Below are positions 16,205 to 31,522 of a stretch of 64,000 nt of DNA, piece by piece; the stretch's first letter is position 1; the number at the start of each line of letters is the position of its first letter. The stretch lies in NCBI RefSeq assembly GCF_009914755.1, contig NC_060941.1; one strand, written 5' to 3'. Both the position numbers and the translations under genes were made by a program. The notes under the pieces were generated by a model. It ran no database searches. It had not been told where the DNA came from and was given only the letters and a program-made list of their open reading frames with translations. The DNA is from the human T2T-CHM13v2.0 reference genome, Homo sapiens.

Positions 16205-16556
16205 ATGCAGATGTGGTACATCCATATAACAAGATCATATTTGTCAATAAAAAGAACTCGGGTACGGATACATGTTCCAATGTGGATGAACCCTGAAGAT
16301 ATTATCCTGCATAAAATAAGCCAGTCACAGAAGACCCTATATCCTGTGGTCCATTTACGTGATATGACCAGCATAAGCAAATCTGCAAACAGAAAGTACA
16401 TTGATGGTTGTCAAGGGTTAGGGGAGAGAGGAATGGGGTGTGACTGTTAATAGGGATGAAGTTTCTGAAATTACACAATTCTATGAATATACTAACAACC
16501 ACTGAATGGTACACTGGCCATGAGTGAATTTATGGTACATGAATTCTATCTCCATA
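16205..16556 (+). mobile_element. L1MB-like 3' fragment
   Basis: atgtggtacatccata...tggatgaaccctgaagatatt...gaattctatctccataaa. Confidence 0.7.
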
Positions 16557-16557
16557 A

Positions 16558-17516
<959 letters not shown>

Positions 17517-17519
17517 TAG

Positions 17520-18085
17520 AGCTATTTTAAAACTCTGCCCTGGCTCCCCCTACTATGCAGACAGAAGCATCATCATTCAAAGCCTCACATTCTACCGACG
17601 CTCTCTCCCCAATCTCTGATCTTCACTTCTCCTACTGTCCCCCTCCTGGCTCCTCCTGCCCCAGCCACTGTAGCCTCCTTGTTGTGCCTCAAACATGCAC
17701 ACTACAGACTCAAATCTTTGCACCTGCTCCTCCTTCTCCCTCCATTTATCTATGTCATTACTATGACATATGTCACTACTTTACCTCTCTCAAGTCATCA
17801 TCCAAACATCACCCTGTCACTTGCCAAAGCGGCCCTCCTGGCAGCCCACATCTGCCCATGGTGGTGGTATACGCTCCCCAATCACTTTCTTGCTTCATGT
17901 TTCTTCATTATCCTTCTGATTATTTAGGCCACTAGATACTTATTCATTTTGTCTATTACCTGCAACACCAACTAGAAGGTAACTTGCACAAGGGTGGGAA
18001 TTTTCACTGGATGTATTCATTGTCGAATCCACAGGACCTAGAACAGAGGCCAGCACCCAGAAGGCACTCAATAGACATCTATCTT
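17520..18085 (+). mobile_element. L2 LINE 3' fragment
   Basis: Ends ...acctagaacagaggccagcacccagaaggcactcaatagacat, the L2 3' terminus. Confidence 0.7.
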
Positions 18086-19024
18086 CAGTGGTTATGTGGT
18101 TATTTCTGTGCACTGTCTTATGGGCAACCAGATTTCTTTTCTGAGGTTGTTTGTTGTTTGGGGAGATTTTGGGGCCTTGCAAGTTTTGTACAATGAATAT
18201 ACATTACTTAGATAGTCAGGAAAAAATGTTATATAAGGGGGAAAAGTCCTACCACTGCTGCCACTGCCTGTGGGATGCAATCCTGAACTCCTTAGCAGGC
18301 GCTGGCTTTTCCAAAGTCAAAGCTCTTCCTCCCCTCCCTTTCCACTGCCCTAGGTCAAAATGAATCCAGTGGAGTCCTGGTTCCCCGAGATGAAAGTAGA
18401 TGTTCTCTGAAACAAAAAGAGAGAATTCCCTGTGCTTAAAAATGGTTAAACAGGTTTTGTCGTGTTTGGTTTGGTTTGCTAAGAGCCTGCAGTAAGCTTT
18501 GCACATCGTGGAACTCTAAGAAGGCCACATAGTGGGATACCCACCCTGACATATTTGACCCCAGAACCTCCTCTTTTACTGGCTCATCTCCAAGGACTCG
18601 AGTTCCAAGGAACAAGTCCCAGGGACGTCGCCCCCATCAGACAGGACACTTGGCTGTGCAGCAGCCCAAGCTCCTGGAATCCTCTCCCCTCCTCCACCTG
18701 TAGAAACTCTACCCATGCTTCACAAGACAGTCCTGCTTGTGCCCTATCTAGGAATCCTTCTCTACTCTCAGCCCCTCATTCCCCTGTGTTTCTACAGAAC
18801 ATCACATCTATGATGAAAGCTCTTATCATGGTCATTGCTCCAGCTGTCATCAACAGCTGTCATCAACTGGTGTCTTCAACACCAGACTGCAAGCCCCTCG
18901 GGTGCAGCAATGGGGCCTCCTCCACATGGGTTTCCCAAGGGCATGGTGTGATGCTGGGCTCTGGGAATGTTTATGCCCCAGAACTGCCACTTTGGAGGCA
19001 GGTGGGCCTCCCTTCTTGGGGTGA

Positions 19025-19610
<586 letters not shown>

Positions 19611-19927
19611 AAAAGGCTGTGTTTAAATCAGAGGACCCGGTATCTGGAATTAACCTGGCCTGGCTATGATGGTGTCATATTGAGTCTGGCATCTTCTGTT
19701 AACTTACTGGTTGGCAAAGGAGCTGTTTGGAAAATAAAAACTGCCTTCTCTGTGGGAAGAGGGTCGATCTGCTGTGGGGGTTGGGGGGAGTGGAAAGCAC
19801 CCTAGATTGAGAGTCAGGAAGCTCACATTTGAGTTTTAACAATGTCACTAACATTATAAAGGTTTAGGGCAATCACCTAACTCTTCCAAAACTCTAGTTC
19901 CTTAATTCTAAAGTGGAAGAATTTTAG

Positions 19928-20329
<402 letters not shown>

Positions 20330-21775
20330 TGCAGAGAACTGTCTTTCAAAACATTCTAGTGACCACATAGTACAGTCTCACACAGGGAGGCTCCGTGGCC
20401 TCCACCACCAGCCAGCAACGTCAGAGGGGATTGTGCACGCCCTTGCTAGTGTCTTCCAAGATGGTCCTTTGAGAGGTTTGTAGTAAGTTTGTAGAATACT
20501 GGTGAGTCGGTCAGGGACAGCTTGAGTATGATTCGCAACCCCCAAAACCACCTCCCTATGGGCAAACCGTATCCACAGAGCACATTCATAAGCCTGATTT
20601 AAAATACTCGCTCCTTGTGCCTCAGCCATTACTCTCTTTCTGTCCAGGTCTCTTATTCTGACTTAGTGGAAAATAAGGTTGTTACAGCAATGGCTCCATT
20701 CGTCCTGTGGGCAAGAAACTCATGGAGAGAATTAGTCAATTCTTCCTGGACATTCGGGAGCTTCTGGGTGGAGGGAAGACTGCGAAGCAGAAACAAACAG
20801 AAATCCTAGAGAGGCAGTCATCTGAGCATTCGTCACAGGGGCACTCCTAGGATCCACCCTCAGAAGCCGTGAAAGGCCCATTGATCTGGCTGGGGCAGGG
20901 AGTGGCCCTGAGCTGGTGACATCTCAGGCGAGGAAAGGCACAGATGTCTGTGCTGGCTGTGATAAGAGGCTTCTCAGGAAATCTGAGTCACCTCGGGCCG
21001 ACTCTTCGAAGCATAGAGGCCCGGCAAGCACCACAGCCTGGAGGCAAAGCTTCCTGCTAGCCCTGGGACCCTGGGACTTTGCATTTCCTGTTGGTGTCCT
21101 TTGACTTGGGCAGCCACCACCCCTGGGAAGTTTTCCAATACCCTCACTCATGCATTTTGAACCTGGTGTTCACAGCTCTTTGTCTCTGCTCATCTCGCTT
21201 TTGTTTCCTCTGGAATGTTCCAAGCCCCCTGCATCACCCCATGCCAGGAATCTGACATCCCAGAGTGGAAGCCGGCTTCATGTTACTCACCCCACCCTGT
21301 GATTTCCTGATGGAGGATCCGGAGACCTGAACTCTGGTCCAGGTTTACAGACAACTCATAATCATGGTTGAGGCCCCTTTCTAGGCCTTACTGTTCTCAT
21401 ACTTTTAACTGGGGATGGGGGCAGGATGGGAAACTTTTGGAAAAACAGACTTTTTAAAACTGGAATGATGCTAGACATTTATTTGCTACTACCTGCTGGC
21501 TGCTGCCTGTCATTTCATCATTACATAGAAAAGAAATGCTCCAACATTTTGTCATGCATTTACTCCTTGGTATAAGGGAAGGATTCAAGAAACGTCTTAT
21601 GGAAGCAAAAATAACAGTAAATTATGCAAAGGCACTGGTTCCCTTCAGGGGCTGGAGTAAGACTGGTGAGAGTCGTGGGAAGGGAAGAAGCACAGAGAGA
21701 AGATTCCACTTCACACATATTTTTTAGGGTTTGGCCTAAATAAAAGGACTTTCAGAGATTATAAGAGAATATTTG

Positions 21776-22161
21776 TGTTTAAAAAAAACACGTTAGATAA
21801 ATTTAATAGAGTTAATTGAGCAAAAAATTATTCAAGAATTAGACAGACTCAGCACACCCACAGTGACTCTGGTGCATGGTCGGAGAGGATTTATAGACAG
21901 AAAAAGAAAGTGATCTACAGAAAACAGAAACAGCTAGGCTGCTTACGGCTCCGTGTCTGCCTGATTTGAACACAGTTTGAGCAGTTGATCGCCTGTGATT
22001 AGCTGACACTCAGCTGCTCTGATGGGCTGACACTGGGCTAGTGGCTACAAGCCTCGGTTACAGTCTCTGTACACATCCAGTTAGGTTATCATCTGCACAG
22101 CGGAATGTTTAGGTGGAACTTAAAATATGTAAGGAGGCAGCTTGGGCTAAACTTGTTAACA
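21776..22161 (-). mobile_element. MER57-family solo LTR (ERV1)
   Basis: Reverse complement begins tgttaa..aagtttagcccaagctgcctccttacatattttaagttc; 4-bp TSD TTTG. Confidence 0.85.
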
Positions 22162-22438
22162 TTTGCTAGAGAAAAAAAAAAACATCTGGGAGTCAACCAA
22201 TCCATCTTTGATTTCTCAACTATGGAGACCACCACCTTGAGCATCTTCTCTAAGGTCCCGTAGCCAGGAGTAATACCTGGTATCTTGACTTCATAGCCCA
22301 TGACATTGGACAAGCCTCTCAACCTCTCAGGTCTCAATTTCCTCAATTGTCAAACAAGGATGACAGTAGGATTGTGGGGAACTAATGAGTATATTTACTC
22401 GATTTTGAAACAGTAGGTGTGCAATAGATGTTACATTG

Positions 22439-22497
22439 CCATCATCATCATCGTCATCATCATCATCGTCATCATCGTCATCATCATCATCATCATC
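22439..22497. repeat. (CAT)n trinucleotide microsatellite with CGT interruptions, following a MIR fragment
   Basis: Directly visible. Confidence 0.95.
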
Positions 22498-23529
22498 TCA
22501 CTATCACTACAGCTGCTGTTCCTGCCACCCAGGTCTCCCAGCAGCAGGTTGTCCCCTAGAACCACACCCAAACCATCCTCCTAACCAATGCTGTGCACCC
22601 TTCAGTAAGACTTTTCAAAAATGGACATAAAACAAAATAGTTCTTAAATGAGCCTACTTCTATTTTTCACATCCCCATTTCCCCAAGACGTACCTGTGCT
22701 CCAGATGGAAAACCATCAATTACAATCCTGCTCCTTCTGCGGCAGGGCAATGGGGAGTCACCCAAAGGAGCAGCGATGCTCAAGCCCCCCACAGAAGGAC
22801 CCCCAGACTCCCAAAGAGAAATGGACGTGAACGTGGGTGAAGTCTTGGGCTGATCAGAGAGCAAGCAGGGCCAAGGGACATGAAGACAGGTGTGTTCTTA
22901 GAGACTGGTCACAGGAAGGAGCAGACTACCTGCCCCCTGCCCCCTAGTCCAAGCCTGGTTCTAGGTTAGAAGCGAATCAGCTGGAAGAGGAACAGCTGCT
23001 GAACAGAAAGCACAGCCTTGTGCCCTCCCAGAGAGCAAGGCATGGCATGCACAGCCTGCCCCAGGCTGCTGCCAGGGCCACCGCGGGGGGTCAGCTTCCA
23101 TTGCTGAGCTGTGCTACGCCCTGGGAGCACCAATCTTTGTCAAAAGAATGGATTTGTGCAGCTAAACCCCACAGGGCCTGGCCATTGTGGACCTGTCTGT
23201 CTGCATTTCAACTCTGGGCTTCACTCTTTGGTGAATGTGAATCTCCAGCGGCACAGGCAGCCAGAACAGAAACGCCACGCAGTCTCACCCTGTCATGCCA
23301 AGAGCTTTGTCCGCTTTGGGACAGAGCCCTGTGCTGGGAGTCCATTGGGGAGACTCACAGGGATCCAGAAACCTGCTCCTGCCCTCAGGGAGCCTGCTGT
23401 GTAGCCTGGAGAAGGAACTCATAGGCATTTGCAGTACTGTCTATCTTGGGGTCTGTCATTCTCATCTAAATTAATGTTAACAGCACTAACTTAGCCTTTC
23501 TTACATGGGTGTGAAAACCACCAACATTC

Positions 23530-24211
23530 CTGGTATTAGGAGGTGGGCCTTCAGGAGGTCATTGGGTCATGAGGCTGGAGCTTGATGAAGGGGATTAGTG
23601 CCCTTATAAGGGGATAAAGAGACCAGAGCAAGTGTGCTTGCTCACTCCCCTTCTCTCCCTCCCTCCCTCTCTCTCCCATCCTCCTGCTCTCTCTCCCCTA
23701 CTCCTCCCTTTCTCCCTCACCCACCCCCTCTTCCTCTTTTCCTTCCTCTCTCCCTCCCTCTCTCCCTCCCCCTCTCCCTCTCTCTCTCCCTCTCTTCCTC
23801 TTTCCCTCCCTCCCTTCCTCTGTCTCTCCCTCATTTCTCCCTTCCTCTCTCTCCCTCTCCCTCCCCGTCTTCCTCCTTTCCTGTCTCTCTCTCCCTCACT
23901 CTCTCTCTCCTTCCCTTCCTTTCTCCCTCCCTCCTCTCTCCCTTCCCCTCCCTCTCTCTCCCCTTCTCTTTCCCTCCCTCTCTCTCTCCCTCCCTCCCTT
24001 CCTTTCTCACTCCCTCTTCTCTCCCTCCCTCCTCTCTCTCTCCCTCCCTTCCTCTCTCTCTCTCCCTCTGCAGATGCCTGGCCATCTGCAAGCCAGGCAG
24101 AGGGCCTTCACCAGACACTGATCTCTGCCTTCCCATCTTTCAGAACTGCAAGAAATGAATGTCTGTTGTTTAACCCACATCTTGTTACAGCAGCCCACCC
24201 TGGGCAAGATA
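23530..24211 (+). mobile_element. MLT1A-like MaLR LTR with internal CT-rich expansion
   Basis: ggtattaggaggtggg...gattagtgcccttataag, resuming at ccatctgcaagccag...gttacagcagccc. Confidence 0.75.
23640..24069. repeat. About 430-bp polypyrimidine (CT/CCT/CCCT) low-complexity tract
   Basis: Almost exclusively C/T on the + strand. Confidence 0.95.
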
Positions 24212-24303
24212 GTGCTATCCAAAGAAAAGGTAACAAGTCCAATTATTCACTACATTTTCACATATTTGAAAAGTGTATGCAAACAGTGTGTTCCCAGTAG
24301 TCC

Positions 24304-24655
<352 letters not shown>

Positions 24656-24993
24656 TCAATTAATTTTCTGTAGAACAAGTGCAAAATAATACTTACCAAG
24701 AAAAAAGCTCATTAATTTGGTCACTAAGAGAAGAAACCAAAATATAGACACATCTTCTAAATTATACCCAAGTAGCAAAAACAGTACACACTGTTTGTAA
24801 GATGCTGGAAAAAGAGACTCCATGATAAATGTTGAGCTTAGCATAAAGCAGTTGGCTTTTATTCTAATTTATTAATAGGCAAATTCCTTTATCAGATGAT
24901 ATTGTTGGATACTATAATATCAGTAATACCACGTATAAGAGCACTTACTACTGACAGTGACTGCAGATGTTTTCATCTGTAATTTGTCTAAGC

Positions 24994-25217
24994 CAGTGCT
25001 TCTCAACAGGGGTCAATTTTGCCCCCCAGGGGACATCTGGCTAAATCTAGAAGTATTTTTCATTGTTACAGCTGAGGAGGAAGAGGGACAAGAGAGTGCT
25101 ACTGGTGTCTGTGTGTCAAAGCCAGGAAATCTGCTAAAATCCTACAGTGAAAAAGCCAACCCCCAAAAAGAATTTTCTGACCCAAAATGTCAGTGGTGCT
25201 GAAGTTGAGAAACTCTG
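24994..25217 (+). mobile_element. MER20 (hAT-Charlie)
   Basis: cagtgcttctcaac.gggg..aattttgccccccaggggacat...gttgagaaactctg. Confidence 0.9.
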
Positions 25218-25943
25218 ATCTCAACCACTAATACACAGAACATGAACCAGCTGTATGAGGAGAGACGAGGAGGGGATGGGGGCGGTGGAGGAGAGGAGGA
25301 GGGAAAATGATAAATGAAGGGCTTGAAGACTTTTTGTTCTTTTAAAATTGATGCTGTAGAAGAAGAGATGTTGTTGTAGCTAAGATAATGATTACTTTCT
25401 GATTCATGAAGCTCAGAAGGCATCTTGCCCTCCATATGATGAAAAGCTAGATATTGGTACAGCCTGCTTGATTAGCAGAGGTTAGGCCAACAACTGACTG
25501 TCGAAATAAATCATGAAAACTGGGGATATGGTCACATTGTGGTCACTGAAAGTTCATCTTTTAAACTTCTCTTGCGAAGAAATGAGCCCAAGTTCACGAT
25601 TCTCCTTTCCCACTCAGAAGAATGCAGTCACTCAAAGGGAAAAGTACTTACTTGGGGTTTTGAAAGGAGAACTCAAGTTAATTTTTTTTTCTTGATGAAA
25701 GCTATGTCAGGAAAGGCCATTTTTACCACTTCAAGTTAGCTTAACGTGGGTGATATATCACATTGATATTTTGAAGATGGATTTTTCAAGGCAAAAGCAA
25801 CATTCCCACTGGGAGGGAATGGAGTTCAGAGGTGGGCTTGCTGCCATTTGGGGGCTCTCTTATCCACCTCCTAACCTCGTGCTTTGTAGTTAACCTTGTG
25901 AGAGAGAGCAGGGGGCAGGAGGCCTTCTAACAAAGCTTAACTG

Positions 25944-26283
25944 TGTTAAAATAATTAATTGGGAGGCTATCAGGCTGAGGCAGCTGCAGCATCTTGGGTT
26001 CCTACGTAAGCAAATCAGAACCCAACTCAATGCAAGCAGTGAAATAAAACGTAAGCCTAACCAATCAGAAACAGCCAACTAACCTCTATCTAGGGACTCT
26101 CCACTTTAACCAATCAAATATTTTCTTTGTCTTGCTTTCTTAAACACTTTATGAAAGGTTCTCCTGAAGCCGCTGCTGTGTAGCACCCAAACACCTGTCA
26201 TCCAGTGCTGCCCAGTTCATGAACTGCTGAATGCTCAAATAACGGTGTTAACATTTTAATGAGCCTGAGTTTATCTTTTAACA
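25944..26283 (+). mobile_element. MER93-like solo LTR (ERV1)
   Basis: tgttaaaataattaattgggagg...ttcctacgtaagcaaa...ttttaaca; CCAAT motifs. Confidence 0.75.
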
Positions 26284-27819
26284 ACTCTTTTGCTTCCCCT
26301 TCATCTTTCTCTCCTCCATAAGAAGCTTCTAATCTCAAGTGATAATATTTCAACCCCACAATGGGAAAGAGACCAGCCACCAGGAGAGTGGAGTAGACAA
26401 TCCTGCATGGGGTATCCAGGCTTCTGAGCCTGAAGTAACTTCATAGAGTCCCACACACCCTTCAGGGTTAGGGAGCAGCCACATGTTTGTTCTCCCATGT
26501 AGCACAGAGGGGAGCAGGGATGGAGCTGAGAGCCAGCAGACCTGATGTGTGAAGGCCAGGATGCCAAAGCAGATACAGTGGGGACCACATGACTCAAGAC
26601 CAGACAGGGATAAGGACACATCACTGGGTACCAGTGCAGACCTATTACATCCTATGACCGACATCTCTCACCACTACCCCACTCCACCCCTGCCCCACTG
26701 TTAGATAATGGGTGTCCGAACTCAGATACCTTTCCTGAAGGACACTGGGAGGTGGAAGAATTCTAGACTTAAATTTAAGAAAGAAACACAGAAAATTCTT
26801 GAAGTGACTGAGTTCTCAATTGGTAAGACTGTGCTTTCTGGTATTAAGTGAAACTGAACCTCAGGATTGAGACTCTAGTCTCTAGCAATGATAGTAATAC
26901 TATAATGATTATAATAAACAAAGCTTCCTTTCTTGCAAAGCCAAGTTACAAGGCTTGAAAATGGGAGCCAACCCCCACCCACCCTACACACCAAATTTGT
27001 GCAGAAATGTAGAGGCTGAAAATAAAATGTGGATTTTTATTCTATAGATGGGGCAAACAAAGCTCAAGTGCGTAAATACTTACCCTGGAGTCACCAACAT
27101 CAGACGATTAAAAACCAAAACCTGAGGACAGCTATTTTTGCCTTGGCTTTCATTCTAACTACCATACAAGCACGTGCTCAATGACTATGCAAGAAGTGCT
27201 TTGGCCTCAGAGACATTTGGAGAGCACCGAGAACAAACATCTGTAATTTAGAACGTTTCCTTGGAACAGATCATTTGAGCGTTGGGGTCTTCAGAAGCAC
27301 TAGAAGTTCCTTTACAGAAACCAGGGTGAAGGCAGGAACTGGAAAGAGGAGGTGGTTAAAAGAAGCTGGAGTTCTGAGAAGCCTGTGGATCCTTTTCAAT
27401 AGAAGAAAATAAGCAGTTTCAGACAAGTTCTATCTTGAAATTTCCATACAGATGCAAGTTCCCAGAAAGCAGCAAGTTAATCCCAACAAGTGATAGCTAT
27501 AGTCAAAGCAAGTCTTTTTCTCCTGGCAAGGGGGAGAGGGCGTAACTACACAATTCCCATCATTTTTAAAGCCATCCTTTAAAGCTTACCCCAAAATTAC
27601 ACACACACCCCACTCACATAAATCAACTACAGAGCTCATCAAACCTTAGAACTGAGAAGTGTTTCCAAAATTATCCAGTCTAGGGACCTCATTCTGCAGA
27701 TAAGGACTCAGACACCCAAAGACAGTGTGCCCCACCCATTGTTACCAAGTCAGTTAGAATTGAAAATAAAACTCTGGTCTTCTAATTCCTAGTGCAGACC
27801 ACTTTTATCCATTGCTATC

Positions 27820-27851
<32 letters not shown>

Positions 27852-28034
27852 CAAAAAAAAACTGGTGATGCTGTTTGTTTGTCCAGTACTGACTTTCTCC
27901 AATATGACAGCAGGACACAGCAAGGAAATAAAACATAACAGTGTAATTGGAAAGAGGTAAGTGGACAAGAGACTTCAGTCAGGTGGGCACTGGCCCCTGA
28001 GTGAGGAATTAAGTTGGTTCCAATAGTCTGGAGC

Positions 28035-28123
28035 AGTGGTTTCCAAATGTTTTGATCACAAGTCATTAAAAAGTTTGGGCATTAAACTTTTTAATGACGT
28101 GATCAAAACATTTGGAAACCACT
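28035..28123. repeat. Near-perfect inverted repeat (42/40-bp arms, 7-nt loop)
   Basis: AGTGGTTTCCAAATGTTTTGATCAC(AA)GTCATTAAAAAGTTT-gggcatt-AAACTTTTTAATGACGTGATCAAAACATTTGGAAACCACT. Confidence 0.95.
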
Positions 28124-28163
28124 ATATATAAAAACATATATATATATGTGTGTGTGTGTATAC

Positions 28164-28194
<31 letters not shown>
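28123..28194. repeat. Compound (TA)n(TG)n(TA)n(GA)n microsatellite
   Basis: Directly visible. Confidence 0.95.
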
Positions 28195-28196
<2 letters not shown>

Positions 28197-28849
28197 CATA
28201 GCAAAAGATAGGGAATTTTAAAAGATGATATTTTTAAAATAAATTTTAATAGAAGTTGACATGATACAGGTGAATCTCTATAACAAATATATCTCCCAAA
28301 TTTCAGTGGCTTGACAGAATAAAGTTTCTTTCTTTCTCATGTTGGGTTTGGTAGAGAGGGCGTTGGCCCCTTGCATTCATTTGAGGATGCAGGATCTTTC
28401 CATCTCATGGCCCTTTCATCCTCTAAGGCCTTGGAATCCTCTTCTTTTAACCAAAGAATGGAGAAAGAGAGGAAGACTTGAGGCCTGCATGGTGCAAGGG
28501 GACTTAAGACCTAGACCTGGAAGGGGCAACATTATGGCATCATGGCTGCCCTGACTCCATTCGTCCAAAGGCAGTCATGTGGTCCCAGCAAGGGAGGCTG
28601 GGAAATGTAGTCTAGCTCATGCTTGGAAGGAAAAGGCAATGAGGTTTAGTCAATACACAGCAAACTCTGACACAGAAATTCAAGTCTCCCCATATCCCAG
28701 AAAAGTTTTTGAGCACTCTGCAAGGTTTCCCATTTGGAAACTATTAGCCTGGAAGATTAGGCATAGACTGACCCTGTCAGCCCCTATTCCTCTCCCACAG
28801 AGCAGGACTTCCTGAGGAGAGCCAGATTTAGGGCTAGATGGGAAGATGT

Positions 28850-29095
28850 TAATAATAGCTAGCATTACTGACAATTTACCCTGTGTCCAGCACCAACTAA
28901 GCAGTTTACACGCATTAACTCATTTAATCCAGCAAAAACTCAGTGATGTAGATGCTATTAGTATCCCCATTTTCCAGATGAGGAAATGAACTTAAGCCCA
29001 GGGAGACTGAGTAACCTGCCCCAAATCACACAGTGTCAGATATGGAATTTGATGTCCATCACTGGCTCTAGAGTCTGTGCTGTCCATCACTACCT
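28850..29095 (-). mobile_element. MIR SINE
   Basis: ctcatttaatcc...ccccattttccagatgaggaaa...gtaacctgcccc. Confidence 0.8.
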
Positions 29096-30144
29096 TGTGC
29101 TGAGTCTAGAGGGAAAATGGGAGATAATTCCCAGCTCTGCAGGCTTTCCACACCAGGTAAAGACAGGACAGAAGAGCAGCAGGCTGCGGCTGAGGTGGGT
29201 AGGTGCCACGAGTGGGGCTGTACAGGGAAAGCAGAGTCAGACAGGGATAGAAGGGTGGGCACAAGGTAAGTGGGAGTGAAGAAAAGTGAGCTTGCAGAGT
29301 CAGGCTATTGGAGCTCAGCCATGCCATTCAGGAAGCAAGTGCAGCATGGAGGACTCAGAGAGCCCAGGTAGTGCCCAATGCCCAGAGGAGCCCCTTGCAC
29401 GCCGGTCCCTGTCCTTGATTAAACTTGCAATGACAACTGGGAAGAAGTCAGCACCACAGAGGTGGCCATGGCCTGCCCACATCCCAACTGCTCCCAGAGC
29501 TCATGCCTGTTTCATCCCAGGACAAGCTCAGCTACTCGCCTGCCCTGGCAACAGGTTCCGAGTATCACCAGCACTGCAACAGCCCCTGTGGTGTGCTGGG
29601 TCCTCCAGGCTCACTCTGGCCCTTCTGATGCCCTAGCCCCTTGGGCCGCCTTCTAAGGAGTCCACCTGTCCTCTTCACACCAAACGGACCTAATTTACCC
29701 AGGTAGAAAAACTCTCAGTGGGTGTCTCCAGGGTACCGTCCCCACTGTCACCGCATCATATTCTAAGCCAGTGGGTGAACAACCTCGGTTCTGGCTCCCC
29801 TTTTAACGTGATCAGAGTCTGCCCATGGGCAAGAAAACAGACTCTGTCAGATCATGCATTCTTGTGTTGCTCCTGCCATAACTTTGACCTCCAGCAAATC
29901 ACCCAGTGCCTCAGTTTCCCCACCGTAAAAGTAGCTCAGAAATGTGATGACTCAAGCCCCCAAAGAAATTCTGGGTAGTTTTGTGTGTCTTCAACACTGC
30001 TGAGTGTTTTTTCCAGGTGGCTGGATGACAAATCTTCCTCTAGGATACGTGGGGTTGTAATTTGCCCTCAGAGATGCAGGTGCCCCAGGAGTCTCCTTTA
30101 ACAAATGAAAAGCCGGTCTCTGCCACATGCCAGGATGCTTGTGA

Positions 30145-30622
<478 letters not shown>

Positions 30623-31220
30623 CATTCTGATTTTTTAAAAACTGTCCCACATATCAACCCACCATGTTACCACCTGTTTTAACCAATTTGTATTGGAAGT
30701 AATGGGCAGAAAGTGTTAAGCTGTGCCGCATATTATGAAATATGACCAGCCCACCCTGGAACACTTTGCAAGGCTCTATCACCTCCACATCCTACTTAAC
30801 CCTTATAGCTGTCCCAGGAGAGCCCACTCCCTCCACCATTGTATAGACACAGAACTGCTGCACAAAGAACAGAACATAAGCAATTTGGTCAAGATCACTG
30901 AAGCAACTGGGATTCGAACCTAGGACTTGCCTGACTCCAAATCCCAGCTATTAACACTTCACTCTGCCTCATCAGGGGGAGAGAAAAATTACATAAGCCA
31001 AGGAGAGGTGGTTACATGGAAAGCAAATAAAGAGGAGAAGTGAGTGATCTCAGCCATGGAAGGTTGACAATTCAGGCCATGCAATATATGCTTATTATTA
31101 TGGTAGACTTCCTATTTGACCTCTTTGAACTTGTGAGATCACTTTAATTCTATAATTTACTTATTCATTCTTTCACTAAGAATTTGCTGAAAATTTATCA
31201 TGTGTGAAAATGTCTTGTAA

Positions 31221-31522
<302 letters not shown>

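Noticed and set aside
22436-22630. Poly-Ser ORF
   Set aside because: Translation of the (CAT)n microsatellite
23632-24300. 222-, 174- and 101-aa ORFs rich in L/S/P or R/E/G
   Set aside because: Translation artefacts of the polypyrimidine tract
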